Position numbers and translations under genes: made by a program. From Nitrospirota bacterium (lineage in GTDB: Bacteria > Nitrospirota > UBA9217), in the NCBI GenBank assembly GCA_963840455.1, contig CAWIYV010000011.1, forward strand, positions 32,001 to 96,000: a stretch of DNA of 64,000 nucleotides, read 5' to 3'. A model generated the notes under the pieces. That model did no database searches. It was not told where the DNA came from and was given only the letters and a program-made list of their open reading frames with translations. Positions 10,321 to 20,797 of the stretch are shown here, one piece after another. The first letter of the stretch is position 1. Each line of letters starts with the position of its first letter.

Positions 10321-10372
10321 TTTTTCTAAATTAAATTAGACCACTTTTTAAACTATTTTTTTGGTTTAGCCT

Positions 10373-11635
10373 ATGCAAATAATGAATTTAATCCTTTTTC
10401 TTGTCGCTGCAGTCGCCGTAGTGTTCGCGTTCAGCGGCACGAGCTTCGCGTTCCATTCCGGCGGCGTCGCCGAGTGTACGGGCTGCCACGAGATGCACGG
10501 CGCAACGGGCGCCAACTTTCTGCAGGGCACCGACCAGAGCTCGACCTGCCTGATCTGCCATGGCGAGCCTGGCCAGTCCAGCTACCATGTGTTGACCCCG
10601 GATTCACAGATGCCTGCTGGCGTCGCTCCCCTCAACATGGGCCCCGGCGGCGACTTCGGCTGGCTGAAGAAGGACTACTATTTCGTGATCCGCGGCTCGA
10701 ACAACACCGAGATGGGCCAGACCCATGGCCACAACATCATCGCTGTTGACGAGGGCCTCGTCGCTGACACCGACAACCCGACGGCCCCGGGCGGCACGTT
10801 CCCGGGCGGCCAGCTCTCCTGCGTAGCCTGCCATGACATGCACGGCAAAGCCCGCTACAACTTCGGCGGTACCGGCTATGCTCTGACCGGCCAGGCCATC
10901 TACACCTCCGGTTCCTACGGCGCGCAGCCGACGGCCGTGTCCCATGGCTCCTATGCAACCGGTGTGTACCGCCTGCTTAACGCTGGCAAAACCGTTGACG
11001 GCGTCACCTTCGGAGCACCGCCGGTCGCAGTGGTGAACAGCACCTACAACCGCTCGGAGTTCTTCACCCAGACCCGTACGGCCTACGGCTCCGGCATGGG
11101 CGACTGGTGCGGCACCTGCCATGCTGACATGCATTCGGGAAGCGGAAATAACAGTGGGATTATCAGGCATCCGGTGGACCGACGCCTGACGGGCGGGATT
11201 GCCAGAAATTACAACAATTACACGAAGAGCGGGGACATGACTGGCTCGGCAGCCACTTCCTACCTGTCTCTGGTTCCCTTCGAGGAAGGCGTTACGTACA
11301 GCACGGCGAACATCAACAGCCTCAAAAGCCATGCCCAGACCGATGATTCCTACCTGAACGGACCAATAACGACCGGCAATTCGGCATCGTCGCAAGTGAC
11401 GTGCCTTTCCTGCCACAGGGCCCACGCATCAGGGTTCATGTATATGACCAGATGGCAGAACAAGAGCAATTTCATCATCGCGGACGGCATGTATCCGGGC
11501 AGCGACAACGCCCAGTCAGCGCTCGCCCGCGGACACAGCAGCCAGGAGACCGCAGCCGCCTACTACAATAGGAACGTCACCAAGTTCAGCGGCTTCCAGC
11601 GCTCGCTCTGCAACAAGTGCCATGCGGAAGACTAA
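10373..11635 (+). CDS. omcS: OmcS-family extracellular hexaheme cytochrome c
   Basis: Mature N-terminus FHSGGVAECxGCHxMH, PGGDFGW, GHNI, TAPGG, YNRSE, YLSLVPFEEG, CLSCHRAHASGF, QRSLCNKCHAED; six CxxCH; matches recalled Geobacter OmcS/OmcT sequence; start uncertain. Confidence 0.88.
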   Translation: MQIMNLILFLVAAVAVVFAFSGTSFAFHSGGVAECTGCHEMHGATGANFLQGTDQSSTCLICHGEPGQSSYHVLTPDSQMPAGVAPLNMGPGGDFGWLKKDYYFVIRGSNNTEMGQTHGHNIIAVDEGLVADTDNPTAPGGTFPGGQLSCVACHDMHGKARYNFGGTGYALTGQAIYTSGSYGAQPTAVSHGSYATGVYRLLNAGKTVDGVTFGAPPVAVVNSTYNRSEFFTQTRTAYGSGMGDWCGTCHADMHSGSGNNSGIIRHPVDRRLTGGIARNYNNYTKSGDMTGSAATSYLSLVPFEEGVTYSTANINSLKSHAQTDDSYLNGPITTGNSASSQVTCLSCHRAHASGFMYMTRWQNKSNFIIADGMYPGSDNAQSALARGHSSQETAAAYYNRNVTKFSGFQRSLCNKCHAED

Positions 11636-11668
11636 TCTACACTTAGTTACAGCATGATGTTTATACTT

Positions 11669-11700
11669 AAAAAGGGCTGGAGAAATCCAGCCCTTTTTTT
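11669..11700 (+). terminator. Rho-independent terminator after the omcS-like gene
   Basis: aaaaagggctgga-gaaa-tccagcccttttttt. Confidence 0.85.
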
Positions 11701-11929
11701 AGACAAAAGGTCTCAAAATGAATATTAAGGGAACCTCTCGAATCATTTCTGGTATACACATTTCAAATCGAAATCGTTTCATTCGTACTGCTTTGAACCC
11801 TGTAGAGTCGTAGGTGAAGTGCGTAGAATCTGCGTTCTCTTCACCGCCCCTCCATTCCCCCTTCTCTCCTTGATCTTCCCTGCTGTTGTTTCCGGACGCA
11901 CTGTCCGGGTCAGGAGCCGTATCACGTGC

Positions 11930-12354
11930 GGTCCGCAGGCTGAGGCACGCCCGGCGCATGGGATGGTCCGGGAACAATCGGTAGAGGAGCTTCATGATGT
12001 ACCGCTGGTCCTCGGCCTCTCTGTTGAAGCTCCCTGCAGCAAGCTGCAGGGAATCTTCGATCCTCGAGGTAGTAATAGTGTGTTCTAATCGCCCGCTAAC
12101 CCTCAGCAAGCTGCGGTAAATGCACTCGCTCCTGGATTCAACACCTTGATCAGGACCTTCGATAGGGGCATGCTGTTGAAGTGGCCGAAATGTTCATGGA
12201 GGGACCGGATCACGAGCCAGTGGTGGCCGTCGAGGGCGAGGCCGTCGATGTCCGCGAGAAGGCGCGCAAAACCCTCGGACCAATCTCCGGCATCGACGAG
12301 ATGGCCATTCTCGTCGAGAGGGATGTGCTTCCCCTCGAAGGATACCAATACCAC
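11930..12354 (-). pseudogene. TusE/DsrC-family sulfur carrier gene interrupted by the 113-bp element
   Basis: N-half LDENGHLVDAGDWSE...HWLVI; C-half LLYRLFPDHPMRRAC; removing 12024-12136 joins them in frame; canonical C-terminal Cys tail not seen; 3' end approximate. Confidence 0.75.
12024..12136 (-). mobile_element. Full-length 113-bp IS200/IS605-type non-autonomous element inserted in the tusE-like gene
   Basis: Two subterminal hairpins; on the minus strand follows TGAA and ends in TCAA; no target duplication. Confidence 0.9.
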
Positions 12355-12376
12355 ATGGCGTCCTGACGGTTCAATC

Positions 12377-14275
12377 CTACCGCTTCAGCGCCTCAAGCTC
12401 CTCCCACCGTTTGAACGCCTCGGCAAGCTCCCGTTCCACGTTCTCCAGCCGGGCCGTGGTCGACGCAACCTTATTGCCGCTCTCGCGGTAGAATGCCGGG
12501 TCCGCCATCGTCGCATGGAGCATCTGCTGCTCAGCCTCAAGTTCTTCGAGGCGCTTCGGCAGTTCATCGAGCTCCTTCTGCTCCTTGAAGGAGAGCTTGC
12601 GTGACTTTGCCGATGCTGGTCGTGGCGCATCCTTCTTCTCTTCAACCCTTGCAGGAACAACGGGAGGCTCTTCCTTCAGCCTCTTGCTCTGGCGCAGCCA
12701 GTCATCATAGCCGCCCACGTATTCGTTCACCCTGCCTTCATCCTCGAACACCAGGGTGCTGGTGACCACGTTGTTGATGAACGCGCGGTCGTGGCTCACA
12801 AGCAGCACGGTCCCCGCGTACTCCATCAGAAGCTCCTCGAGAAGGTCCAGCGTCTCAATGTCCAGGTCGTTCGTGGGTTCATCCAGCACCAGCACGTTCG
12901 AGGGCTTCGTAAACAGCTTAGCGAGCAGAAGACGGTTCCGTTCGCCGCCGGACAGCACTTTCACGGGGCTGCGTGCCCGGGCCGGGGCGAAGAGGAAATC
13001 CTGGAGATAGCCGATGATGTGGCGATTCGCGCCATTGATGGTCACATAGTTGCTGCCGTAGGCCACGTTGTCCTGCACGGTCTTCTCGTCGTCGAGCTGG
13101 GCCCGGTGCTGGTCCAGGTAGGCCACTTCGATGTTGGTGCCGAGCCTGATCGTTCCCTCCTGGGGCTTCAAGTCCCCGAGCAGGAGCTTCAGCAGCGTGG
13201 TCTTGCCTGACCCGTTCGGCCCGATGATGCCGATCTTGTCCCCGCGGATGATGGTCGTGGACAGTCCCTGTATGACCGTCCTGCCCGCGTAGCCGAAGCT
13301 CACATCCTTTGCTTCGATCACGAGCTTGCCCGTGCGTTCGGACTCCTGCATCTGGATGTTCGCAGTCCCGATCTTCTCGCGCCGCTCGCTCCTGACCCGG
13401 CGAAGCTCCTTGAGCGCACGCACGCGGCCCTCATTCCGCGTCCGGCGCGCTTTCACTCCCTGGCGGATCCAGACCTCCTCGGCTGCAAGCTTCTTGTCAA
13501 ATTTCGCGTTCTCGACCGACTCGGCGTCCAATGCCGCCTGTTTGAGCTCGAGGTAGGACCGGTAGCTTCCCGGCCAGCTCGTGAGCCTCCCCCGGTCGAG
13601 GTCGATGATCCGCGTGGCAAGCTTCTGAAGCAGCGCCCGGTCATGGGTCACGAACAGGAGGGTCCCGCCGTAGGTAAGCAGGAACTCCTCGAGCCAGGCG
13701 ATGGACACGATGTCGAGATGGTTCGTTGGCTCATCGAGGAGCAACAGGTCCGGCTGGCCGGCCAGCGCCTTCGCGAGCAGCACCCGCCGCTTCAGACCGC
13801 CCGAGAGCTCGGAGAACTCGGTATCTTCGGGAAGCTTCAGCCGCGTCAGGATCTCATCGACCTTCTGCTGCATCTGCCATCCGCCGGCTGCCTCGAACCG
13901 GTGCTGTACGTCCTCGAGCTCTGCCATCAGCTTCTCGCTGTGGTCGTGGCTGAGCCGCCCGCTGATATGGTGATAGTCGGCGAGCAGCCGCCCCTGTTCG
14001 CCGAAGGCGCCCGATACGACGTCGAACACGCTGCCGCGTATGTCGTTCGGCACTTCCTGGGTGAGGAGGGTCGTGCGCAGCCCCTGCTGGAACACGACCA
14101 CGCCTCTGTCGGGCTTCACCTCGCCGGTGATGACCCGCATGATCGTGGACTTGCCGGTCCCGTTGCGGCCGACCAGGCAGACACGCTCGCCCGGCTCGAT
14201 CTGAAGGTCGATGTTCTCGAGCAAAGGCGGACCGCCGAACCCTACACTGATGTTCTGCAGGCTGAACAATGGCAT
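12377..14275 (-). CDS. uup: ABC-F ATPase Uup
   Basis: Two ABC domains (GRNGTGKS, LSGG, DEPTNHLD; GPNGSGKT, DEPTNDLD), WIRQGVKARRTRNEGRVRAL linker, C-terminal RWEELE. Confidence 0.92.
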   Translation of the reverse strand: MPLFSLQNISVGFGGPPLLENIDLQIEPGERVCLVGRNGTGKSTIMRVITGEVKPDRGVVVFQQGLRTTLLTQEVPNDIRGSVFDVVSGAFGEQGRLLADYHHISGRLSHDHSEKLMAELEDVQHRFEAAGGWQMQQKVDEILTRLKLPEDTEFSELSGGLKRRVLLAKALAGQPDLLLLDEPTNHLDIVSIAWLEEFLLTYGGTLLFVTHDRALLQKLATRIIDLDRGRLTSWPGSYRSYLELKQAALDAESVENAKFDKKLAAEEVWIRQGVKARRTRNEGRVRALKELRRVRSERREKIGTANIQMQESERTGKLVIEAKDVSFGYAGRTVIQGLSTTIIRGDKIGIIGPNGSGKTTLLKLLLGDLKPQEGTIRLGTNIEVAYLDQHRAQLDDEKTVQDNVAYGSNYVTINGANRHIIGYLQDFLFAPARARSPVKVLSGGERNRLLLAKLFTKPSNVLVLDEPTNDLDIETLDLLEELLMEYAGTVLLVSHDRAFINNVVTSTLVFEDEGRVNEYVGGYDDWLRQSKRLKEEPPVVPARVEEKKDAPRPASAKSRKLSFKEQKELDELPKRLEELEAEQQMLHATMADPAFYRESGNKVASTTARLENVERELAEAFKRWEELEALKR

Positions 14276-14308
14276 ACGAAATCTCACGAGCACATAGTGA
14301 ATCAAGGA

Positions 14309-14421
14309 TTGAAGCTCCCTGCAGCAAGCTGCAGGGAATCTTCGATCCTCAAGGTAGTTTTAGTTATCCAAATCGCTCGCTAACCCCGTAGCAAGCTACG
14401 GGGAATGCGCTCGCTCCTGAA
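14309..14421 (-). mobile_element. Full-length 113-bp element with perfect hairpins
   Basis: ccctgcagc-aa-gctgcaggg and ccccgtagc-aa-gctacgggg; bounded by ttgaa and followed by ttca. Confidence 0.9.
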
Positions 14422-14989
14422 TTCACGATATTCTCGTCATGCCCTCTCTTTTCTCAGGCTGTAAAATCCATGGCAAACACATTGATGTATCATTTGAAAA
14501 TTTAACTGATATTCCATTTTCAAGCTCTCTGTCCAGCGTCTAATGTCATAGCATCTCCACAACAGTTAAGATCTTTTCTGTGAATAAGTCACAGGACTTT
14601 TTCACAAATTAGCAATAATAAAAGAGCACTATAAACGACAGAAGGGATAATAGCACTTATCAAATTATGTTATGAATTATATAGTTAAGAAACTACTAAT
14701 TTAAGAATTATTTATTAAATAATAAAAAAATATATATTGACTGTCTGTACAAGTGGTGCTATTTAATGATGCACCTATAATACAACGTAAGATGTATGTC
14801 GTTTCTAAATGAATTAACACTAAACTCAACCAGGATATCCCATCTCCGCCTGAGATGTATCGTAGTCCGGTATTACGTTGCTTATTATAATATTTACTTC
14901 GACAATATACCATAACCAAGTCCTGGTGAACTGTTCTTACGATAACTATTAATCCAGTGTATCTTACTGATTCTTCGGGAGGGAGTGCC

Positions 14990-16030
14990 ATGAAAACAAG
15001 CGCTGCACGAGAAAGAGTCTTGTTCCGTACCATCCTGTCTCTGTCAGTTCTTTCTTTTTTTCTCGCAACGGGTCTGTATCCGGTAAACGCTGCGGATATG
15101 GTGAATGTAGGAAAGATAACACCCGATCCTTCCCGATTATGGAGCCCGGGCAGGTTGGCAGTGGACAACGAGGGCACGGTATACGTGGTGGACAGTTACA
15201 AGAACCGTGTCCAGAAATTTGACGGTAAGGGGAACCCTCTCGGGTCGATCCCGGTCTCGCGACCTTCGGCCATAGCCGCTTCGCCTAACGGGAACGTGTA
15301 CATCGGATCCAATGACGCGTACGCTGTGGCGATCTATAAGCGGGGAGAAATAACAGGATACCTCGGTGCCGGCAAGAACGAGTTCGGATCGATCAGCGAT
15401 ATCGCCGTTGACAAAAGCACGGACGATATCTATGTCGTTGACCTAAAGAAGCATGTCGTCAAGATCTATGATGCGAGAGGGTCGGCAAAGGGAATGCGGG
15501 ACGGTTTCACTGCCCCCGCTGCAGTAGCGGTTACGGACACGGTGGTCGTTGTCCTGGATGCGCCCGCGGTCCCCTGCCCCACCACCATCATGGTCAAAGG
15601 GGAAGTGATCCCCTGTCCCGAGTGCACCGGCCCGTGCAGCGGGTCGAGGATCTCGGTACTTGACAAGGCGGGCAATCTCATGCAGAGCATTACGGAATCG
15701 GACGCGAAAAAAGACAACATGGTACGGCCCGTCGCCCTGGCAGCTGACACCCAGGGGAATATCTATGTCGCCGATGCCCTGAGGAAAAACATCCTCGTCT
15801 ATAACCTGCAATGCAAGTTCATCGGCGAGCTGGTGAGCGCCCAGGACGATCTCCATGGGCCGGTGTCCCTCGCGCTTTCCCGTGACAACAGTCTCTATGT
15901 GTCGTCGAGCGAGACACGGAGCATCGTGGAGATCGGGCTTGCCGGCAGGCTGAATGCAGCTTCGACGGGATCACTGAAATTTCAATCAAAGCAAGGCGCC
16001 GGGATATCCCTCGGCGCCCTGGGATATTAG
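14990..16030 (+). CDS. Secreted NHL-repeat beta-propeller protein
   Basis: Repeats such as PGRLAVDNEGTVYVVDSYKNRVQKFD and PVALAADTQGNIYVAD; signal peptide. Confidence 0.85.
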   Translation: MKTSAARERVLFRTILSLSVLSFFLATGLYPVNAADMVNVGKITPDPSRLWSPGRLAVDNEGTVYVVDSYKNRVQKFDGKGNPLGSIPVSRPSAIAASPNGNVYIGSNDAYAVAIYKRGEITGYLGAGKNEFGSISDIAVDKSTDDIYVVDLKKHVVKIYDARGSAKGMRDGFTAPAAVAVTDTVVVVLDAPAVPCPTTIMVKGEVIPCPECTGPCSGSRISVLDKAGNLMQSITESDAKKDNMVRPVALAADTQGNIYVADALRKNILVYNLQCKFIGELVSAQDDLHGPVSLALSRDNSLYVSSSETRSIVEIGLAGRLNAASTGSLKFQSKQGAGISLGALGY

Positions 16031-16042
16031 GAGGGGCTGAAC

Positions 16043-19000
16043 ATGAAGAACATGCTGATCGTCGTGATGCTTCTGACAGGATTCTTTATCGTTCCCGTTG
16101 CTTCGGCACAGATCGTTGATGCCCCTCACAATGCAAGTGTCAGCATGTCGTGCAGCGACTGCCACATCGATCCCTATTCATTCATCTATACCGATGACAT
16201 GTGTCTGTCGTGCCACAATAACACCACGGGCGGCGGGTACAGTCTTCGGAGCGCGCCAAAAGTGCTCGCTCACTCAAGCGGGAACACGAGCAGCAAGTAT
16301 GGGAATTGGTCAACGCAGTGCCTTGACTGCCACAGCAAGCACACTTGGGAGCAACGTGCTGTCTATCAGTCGGGAATCTTCCTTGTAACAGGAACGATTA
16401 CGTCCATTACCGACAATGGGGACGGCACGACCACTTTTGGCTACAGTAACCTTGTAGAACAGAAGCCCGGCTGGGCGGATTACACGAAGTGGAACAGGAA
16501 ATCATCCGGCAATTTTTTCGGCGGCAATGAGCGGGGGCTTATTCTCTATCCCAATACGACCACATATCAGAATCAAAGTTCAGCGAATTTTGAAATGTCC
16601 TCGGCAACCGCAACGACCATGACGGTGAAGGGATCAATAAATATAGCATTTCCAACGGCGATTTCATCCGGACTGGTTGCAGTTGGTAAGCCCTTTGCAC
16701 TCGCCTATGGCCAGTTCGTTAACAGCACCCTCATTACTCCTTCCAACCTCTGGAAGCCTAGCCACTTCATTGAAAATAGTGGTATTTTTTCATTTGCCTA
16801 CAGCACTGCCATACCACCGAGCACCAAGGACCCAAGTGTCGACAGCATCTGCCAGGTATGCCACACCCAGACGCTTCACTGGAGGGCGGACGGCACTCTT
16901 GCGGACCACTACAACAGCCAAGACTGCGCCACCTGCCACAAGCACGAGGAAGGATTCAAGGTCAGCTGCGACGTCTGCCATCTGGCGCCGCCGACGACAG
17001 GAAAGCACATGGCTCACTTTGATGCGGGATTGGCCGATTACGGGTCCACAACGATCCAGTCATCGCCTGCCGCTTACGGCTTCAGCTGCGGGATCTGTCA
17101 TGACGGGACACATCTCAATACGACGGCGAACCCGCGCAGCGTCGAAGTGGTCTTTGCTGGCGTGGCCAGGCAGGGCAGTGCCACGAGCGCGTCCTATGCG
17201 CCTTCGACCTTCTCCGTTGACGACCCCGGCAGGGGGTATACGTTCAACTACAGCAACGGCGCCTGCTCCAATGTGTATTGCCACGGGAATTATCCCGGGA
17301 GCGGCAAGAACGCTTCGGTGACGTTCAACACCGGCACCGCCCCTTGCGGTTCATGCCACAACGCGTCGAACACGGCACCGCCTGCGAGCGGATCCCATGT
17401 CGCGCATGCATCGAACACGCGGTACAATCTGAGCTGTTCCTTATGCCATGCCGGTGAGATCAGCGGGGCCGGTCCTGCTTCTTATACGATAGCCGACAAG
17501 CAGAAGCATGTCAGCGGCAATGTCGACTGGGCCTTTGATACGGGCGACACCCGCGTATCGCTGTCTTCCGGCTACAGCATCCCATCGGGCGCGGCCATGC
17601 CTTCCAACGGCACGGTCCCGAGGCCTTACGGGACCTGTTCCACCACCTATTGCCATAGCGACGGCACCTCCGTTGCCGCGCTGAACCTCCAGCCGAACGT
17701 CTCTCCGGTTTGGGGCTCGGGGTCACTAGACTGCACCGCCTGCCACGGCATGCCGCCGTCATATCCGAACGGATCACCCAAGGCGAATGGCCACACTGCC
17801 CATGCAGAGAACGCCTGCAACACCTGTCATGCTGTCACGACATCAGACGGGATCACGATCACCTCTTTTGCAAACCATGTGAACAAGGCCTATGATGTCA
17901 ACCCCAATGTCGCGTCAGGCGCGACCTTCACCTACACCTTTGGGGCCACCGGCGGGTCGTGTACGAACATCTCCTGCCATGGCGGCAACACGGCGACGTG
18001 GGGAGGTCCCCCACTTAAATGTTCTAACTGCCATCTCGGACCGCAGGACGCAGATGATTATGCGTTCGGCAACGGCGTCATCGCGATGGCGAGTGCAAGC
18101 CAGTGGTCGTCGACCGGCCACGGGCGGCCTGCAACAGCGGGCAATTACCTGCAATCGGGCAATCCCGCGGCAGGTTTCGACGCTGCTGCCGGGACCGGCG
18201 ACTCCTGTCTCTACTGCCATGATAACACGGTAGGGCACAATGTTGGGCCAAATCCCTTCAGGCTCAGATGGACCATCGGTCCCGATGGCCAGAACGGTAA
18301 TTGCCAGAAGTGCCACAAGCCGGGTTCGACCGGATACGTGAGCGGCGTCGACGGCACGCTCCCGAGCATGAATGCCAGCGCAGCAACGAAGATGGAAGAC
18401 TATCACTGGCTTATGGCGCCCGGCGGCAAGCATACCAATGTCCGCAACGGCGGTAGGTTCTGCTGGGACTGCCATGACCCCCATGGCGATATGAACGTTG
18501 CTATGATACAGAATGCAGTCGCAAAACGGAACGATTGGAACGGTACGACCGGCTTCGGGCTCCCGACGCTCACTGTTGCGACCAGCTTTACGACCATGAA
18601 CACCTGGGGGAGCTATGTCAATCCGTCGGGTACCGGTGTCTGCCAGGTCTGTCACGAGATTACGTCACACTTTACCGGCTCTACGAACTACAATACGAAC
18701 CACAATCCCGGCGCATCCTGCACCGGTTGCCATTCACATCTCGGATCCGCCTCGGTGAGTGGCGATGCCTTCCCCGGCGCCGAGTCGAGCGGAGGTGTGG
18801 TCTGCAGCGGATGCCACAACGACCTGTATACGGGTATGAACAGCGCGGCAAACTCAACGTATCATCACCTGATGACGTCGGACGCGCCGACCTATACGAG
18901 CGGGACCTGTCTCCAGTGCCATGTGGATCACAATATCTTCCGGCCGGATGTGAACACGGCCAACACCGTGGGACGGTCCGCTAATCTCAGGACGAACATC

Positions 19001-20461
19001 AACACTGCGGTGCCATCACAGCCGACGACGGTAGGGTATACCAACACCGACTTCCTCTCCGCCGATACAGACGGCGGCATCTGCCTCAGCTGCCACAAAG
19101 CGCAGCTGGCCAAGGGTTATCCCCAGCCTGATGCCACGACCGCAACGCCTGCCGTTGGCAAGGCGGACTATCAGGCGAGCGGCCACCAGTATGTTGCCGC
19201 CTCAACGTTCGGAACAGGAGGTTCGACGTTCAACGCCAACTGCTCCAAGTGCCATAACGACACGCTGAATCCCAAGAGCTCCTTCAATGCCCAGAGCAGC
19301 GCGAACAAGTTCGGCAATCACTCGTCCACCCTCAGGAGGGTCCTTGCAGCCCTTGGCATCGCTTCACCTGCGGATCCGCTCGAGGAGCAATTCTGCTACC
19401 AATGCCACAGCGGCGCGGGGCCGAACGATTACTACGGCGTGAAGGCGATGTCCGCGGCATCCAGGGACATTCAGACCGTGTTCGGCAAGACATACAAGCA
19501 CAATGTTGCCGGGTATAGCGGCCGGCACAGGTCCTCAACGACCGATGAAACCCTGGGCTACATCAGCGCCAACAAACATGTAGAATGCGAAGACTGCCAT
19601 AATCCGCATGCAGCGCAGCCGGGAACGCACACCCGGGGCAGCGCCGCACTTGCGAACGTCCTGAAGGGCGTCGACGGAGCAATTGCCAGCTATCCGTCGA
19701 ATACGAACTGGCCTGCGACCGGCACGCCGCCGCGGTCGAACTTCACCTATGCCGCAACACAGACCTCGACCGCAGAGTACCAGATCTGCTTCAAGTGTCA
19801 TTCCTACGCAAATACGAATGTCCTGACCTGGGGCGGGACCGGCGCTGCTGCCTGGACCGATGTGGGGCTCGAGTTCGATCCCAACAACCAGTCCTACCAT
19901 CCGGTGGTCCAGGCTTTGCCTGCAACCGATCCGAACGCGAACTACGGATCGAATCGGCTGGCATCGGCGCAGCTATCGGGCGGATGGACGCCGGGCCAGG
20001 TCATGACCTGCTCCGACTGCCATGATTCCGATTCCGCCGCATCGACGGGACCCCACGGCTCAGCGGTAAAATGGATGCTCGGCGGCACGAACAAGTCTTG
20101 GCCCTATCAGGGAACAGCCGGCAACGGGACATCCTCGGGGACATTCTGGACCCTGAGCAACAGAACGGCCAGCAACGGTACGGCGAACGGGCTGTTCTGC
20201 CTGAACTGTCATACTTTGAACGCTTCCGGCCACATCCATTTCGAAGAGACCGATCATCAGAGGATCGCCTGCGTCGGTTGTCATGTCAGGGTCCCGCATG
20301 GATATCGGGAATCGCGATTGATCGCAGCAGGTACGGTTCCCGCGCGTTACTACCCGAACGGCAACGGAGGCGGTACGAAGTACATCAACAGATTCACCAA
20401 AGCATCGAATTACAGTAATTACAGCGAAAGCAATTGCTCTACGGTCAGCGGCTGCCATTAA
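16043..20461 (+). CDS. Very large multiheme cytochrome c (about 27 CxxCH, 3 CxxxxCH and a terminal Cx5CH)
   Basis: Signal peptide; motifs counted by eye; Geobacter-type CxxxxCH...CxxCH repeats; GGAGG RBS. Confidence 0.9.
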   Translation: MKNMLIVVMLLTGFFIVPVASAQIVDAPHNASVSMSCSDCHIDPYSFIYTDDMCLSCHNNTTGGGYSLRSAPKVLAHSSGNTSSKYGNWSTQCLDCHSKHTWEQRAVYQSGIFLVTGTITSITDNGDGTTTFGYSNLVEQKPGWADYTKWNRKSSGNFFGGNERGLILYPNTTTYQNQSSANFEMSSATATTMTVKGSINIAFPTAISSGLVAVGKPFALAYGQFVNSTLITPSNLWKPSHFIENSGIFSFAYSTAIPPSTKDPSVDSICQVCHTQTLHWRADGTLADHYNSQDCATCHKHEEGFKVSCDVCHLAPPTTGKHMAHFDAGLADYGSTTIQSSPAAYGFSCGICHDGTHLNTTANPRSVEVVFAGVARQGSATSASYAPSTFSVDDPGRGYTFNYSNGACSNVYCHGNYPGSGKNASVTFNTGTAPCGSCHNASNTAPPASGSHVAHASNTRYNLSCSLCHAGEISGAGPASYTIADKQKHVSGNVDWAFDTGDTRVSLSSGYSIPSGAAMPSNGTVPRPYGTCSTTYCHSDGTSVAALNLQPNVSPVWGSGSLDCTACHGMPPSYPNGSPKANGHTAHAENACNTCHAVTTSDGITITSFANHVNKAYDVNPNVASGATFTYTFGATGGSCTNISCHGGNTATWGGPPLKCSNCHLGPQDADDYAFGNGVIAMASASQWSSTGHGRPATAGNYLQSGNPAAGFDAAAGTGDSCLYCHDNTVGHNVGPNPFRLRWTIGPDGQNGNCQKCHKPGSTGYVSGVDGTLPSMNASAATKMEDYHWLMAPGGKHTNVRNGGRFCWDCHDPHGDMNVAMIQNAVAKRNDWNGTTGFGLPTLTVATSFTTMNTWGSYVNPSGTGVCQVCHEITSHFTGSTNYNTNHNPGASCTGCHSHLGSASVSGDAFPGAESSGGVVCSGCHNDLYTGMNSAANSTYHHLMTSDAPTYTSGTCLQCHVDHNIFRPDVNTANTVGRSANLRTNINTAVPSQPTTVGYTNTDFLSADTDGGICLSCHKAQLAKGYPQPDATTATPAVGKADYQASGHQYVAASTFGTGGSTFNANCSKCHNDTLNPKSSFNAQSSANKFGNHSSTLRRVLAALGIASPADPLEEQFCYQCHSGAGPNDYYGVKAMSAASRDIQTVFGKTYKHNVAGYSGRHRSSTTDETLGYISANKHVECEDCHNPHAAQPGTHTRGSAALANVLKGVDGAIASYPSNTNWPATGTPPRSNFTYAATQTSTAEYQICFKCHSYANTNVLTWGGTGAAAWTDVGLEFDPNNQSYHPVVQALPATDPNANYGSNRLASAQLSGGWTPGQVMTCSDCHDSDSAASTGPHGSAVKWMLGGTNKSWPYQGTAGNGTSSGTFWTLSNRTASNGTANGLFCLNCHTLNASGHIHFEETDHQRIACVGCHVRVPHGYRESRLIAAGTVPARYYPNGNGGGTKYINRFTKASNYSNYSESNCSTVSGCH

Positions 20462-20487
20462 GCCACGATAAGGGCAGGCAATTCTGG

Positions 20488-20530
20488 AATACCGGCCGAA
20501 TGTCCCTGTGATATTCGGCCGGTAGTTTTC
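20488..20530 (+). terminator. Terminator after the large cytochrome
   Basis: taccggccgaat...attcggccggta followed by gtttt. Confidence 0.65.
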
Positions 20531-20797
20531 TCCCCTCATGAGGGGTGCCATTATCAGACAGTGATCTAGTGACGCACCAGACATTCCTAAGACCGGACCT
20601 TGTGCACATCGGGGAGACCCTTTACCAGGCAATTGCCGTGTATCACAGTCGAGCTCAGCCCGGCGATAATCTTTCTATCAGAAATACTCATTCCCTGGAA
20701 CAATGGTGTATGCAGGTTTTCGGCCTTTGTTCTGGTTGCGCCACCACCCTTGTTCACAACTCCCTTGATCCGATCTTTGTCCATTCGAGGCTTAACG

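Noticed and set aside
10121-10372. GEMM-I cyclic dinucleotide riboswitch upstream of the omcS-like gene, as in Geobacter
   Set aside because: No GGCAAAC...GAAA...GCAAAG pattern recognised by eye; a covariance-model search would be decisive.
8690-14421. Repeated hairpin sequences as a CRISPR array or structured ncRNA
   Set aside because: Copies are dispersed with no regular spacers and no cas genes; one interrupts a gene, which fits a mobile element.
14471-14487. sigma54-like TGGCAA-ACACA-TTGAT in the AT-rich leader
   Set aside because: Lacks the conserved -12 GC and lies about 500 bp from the next gene.
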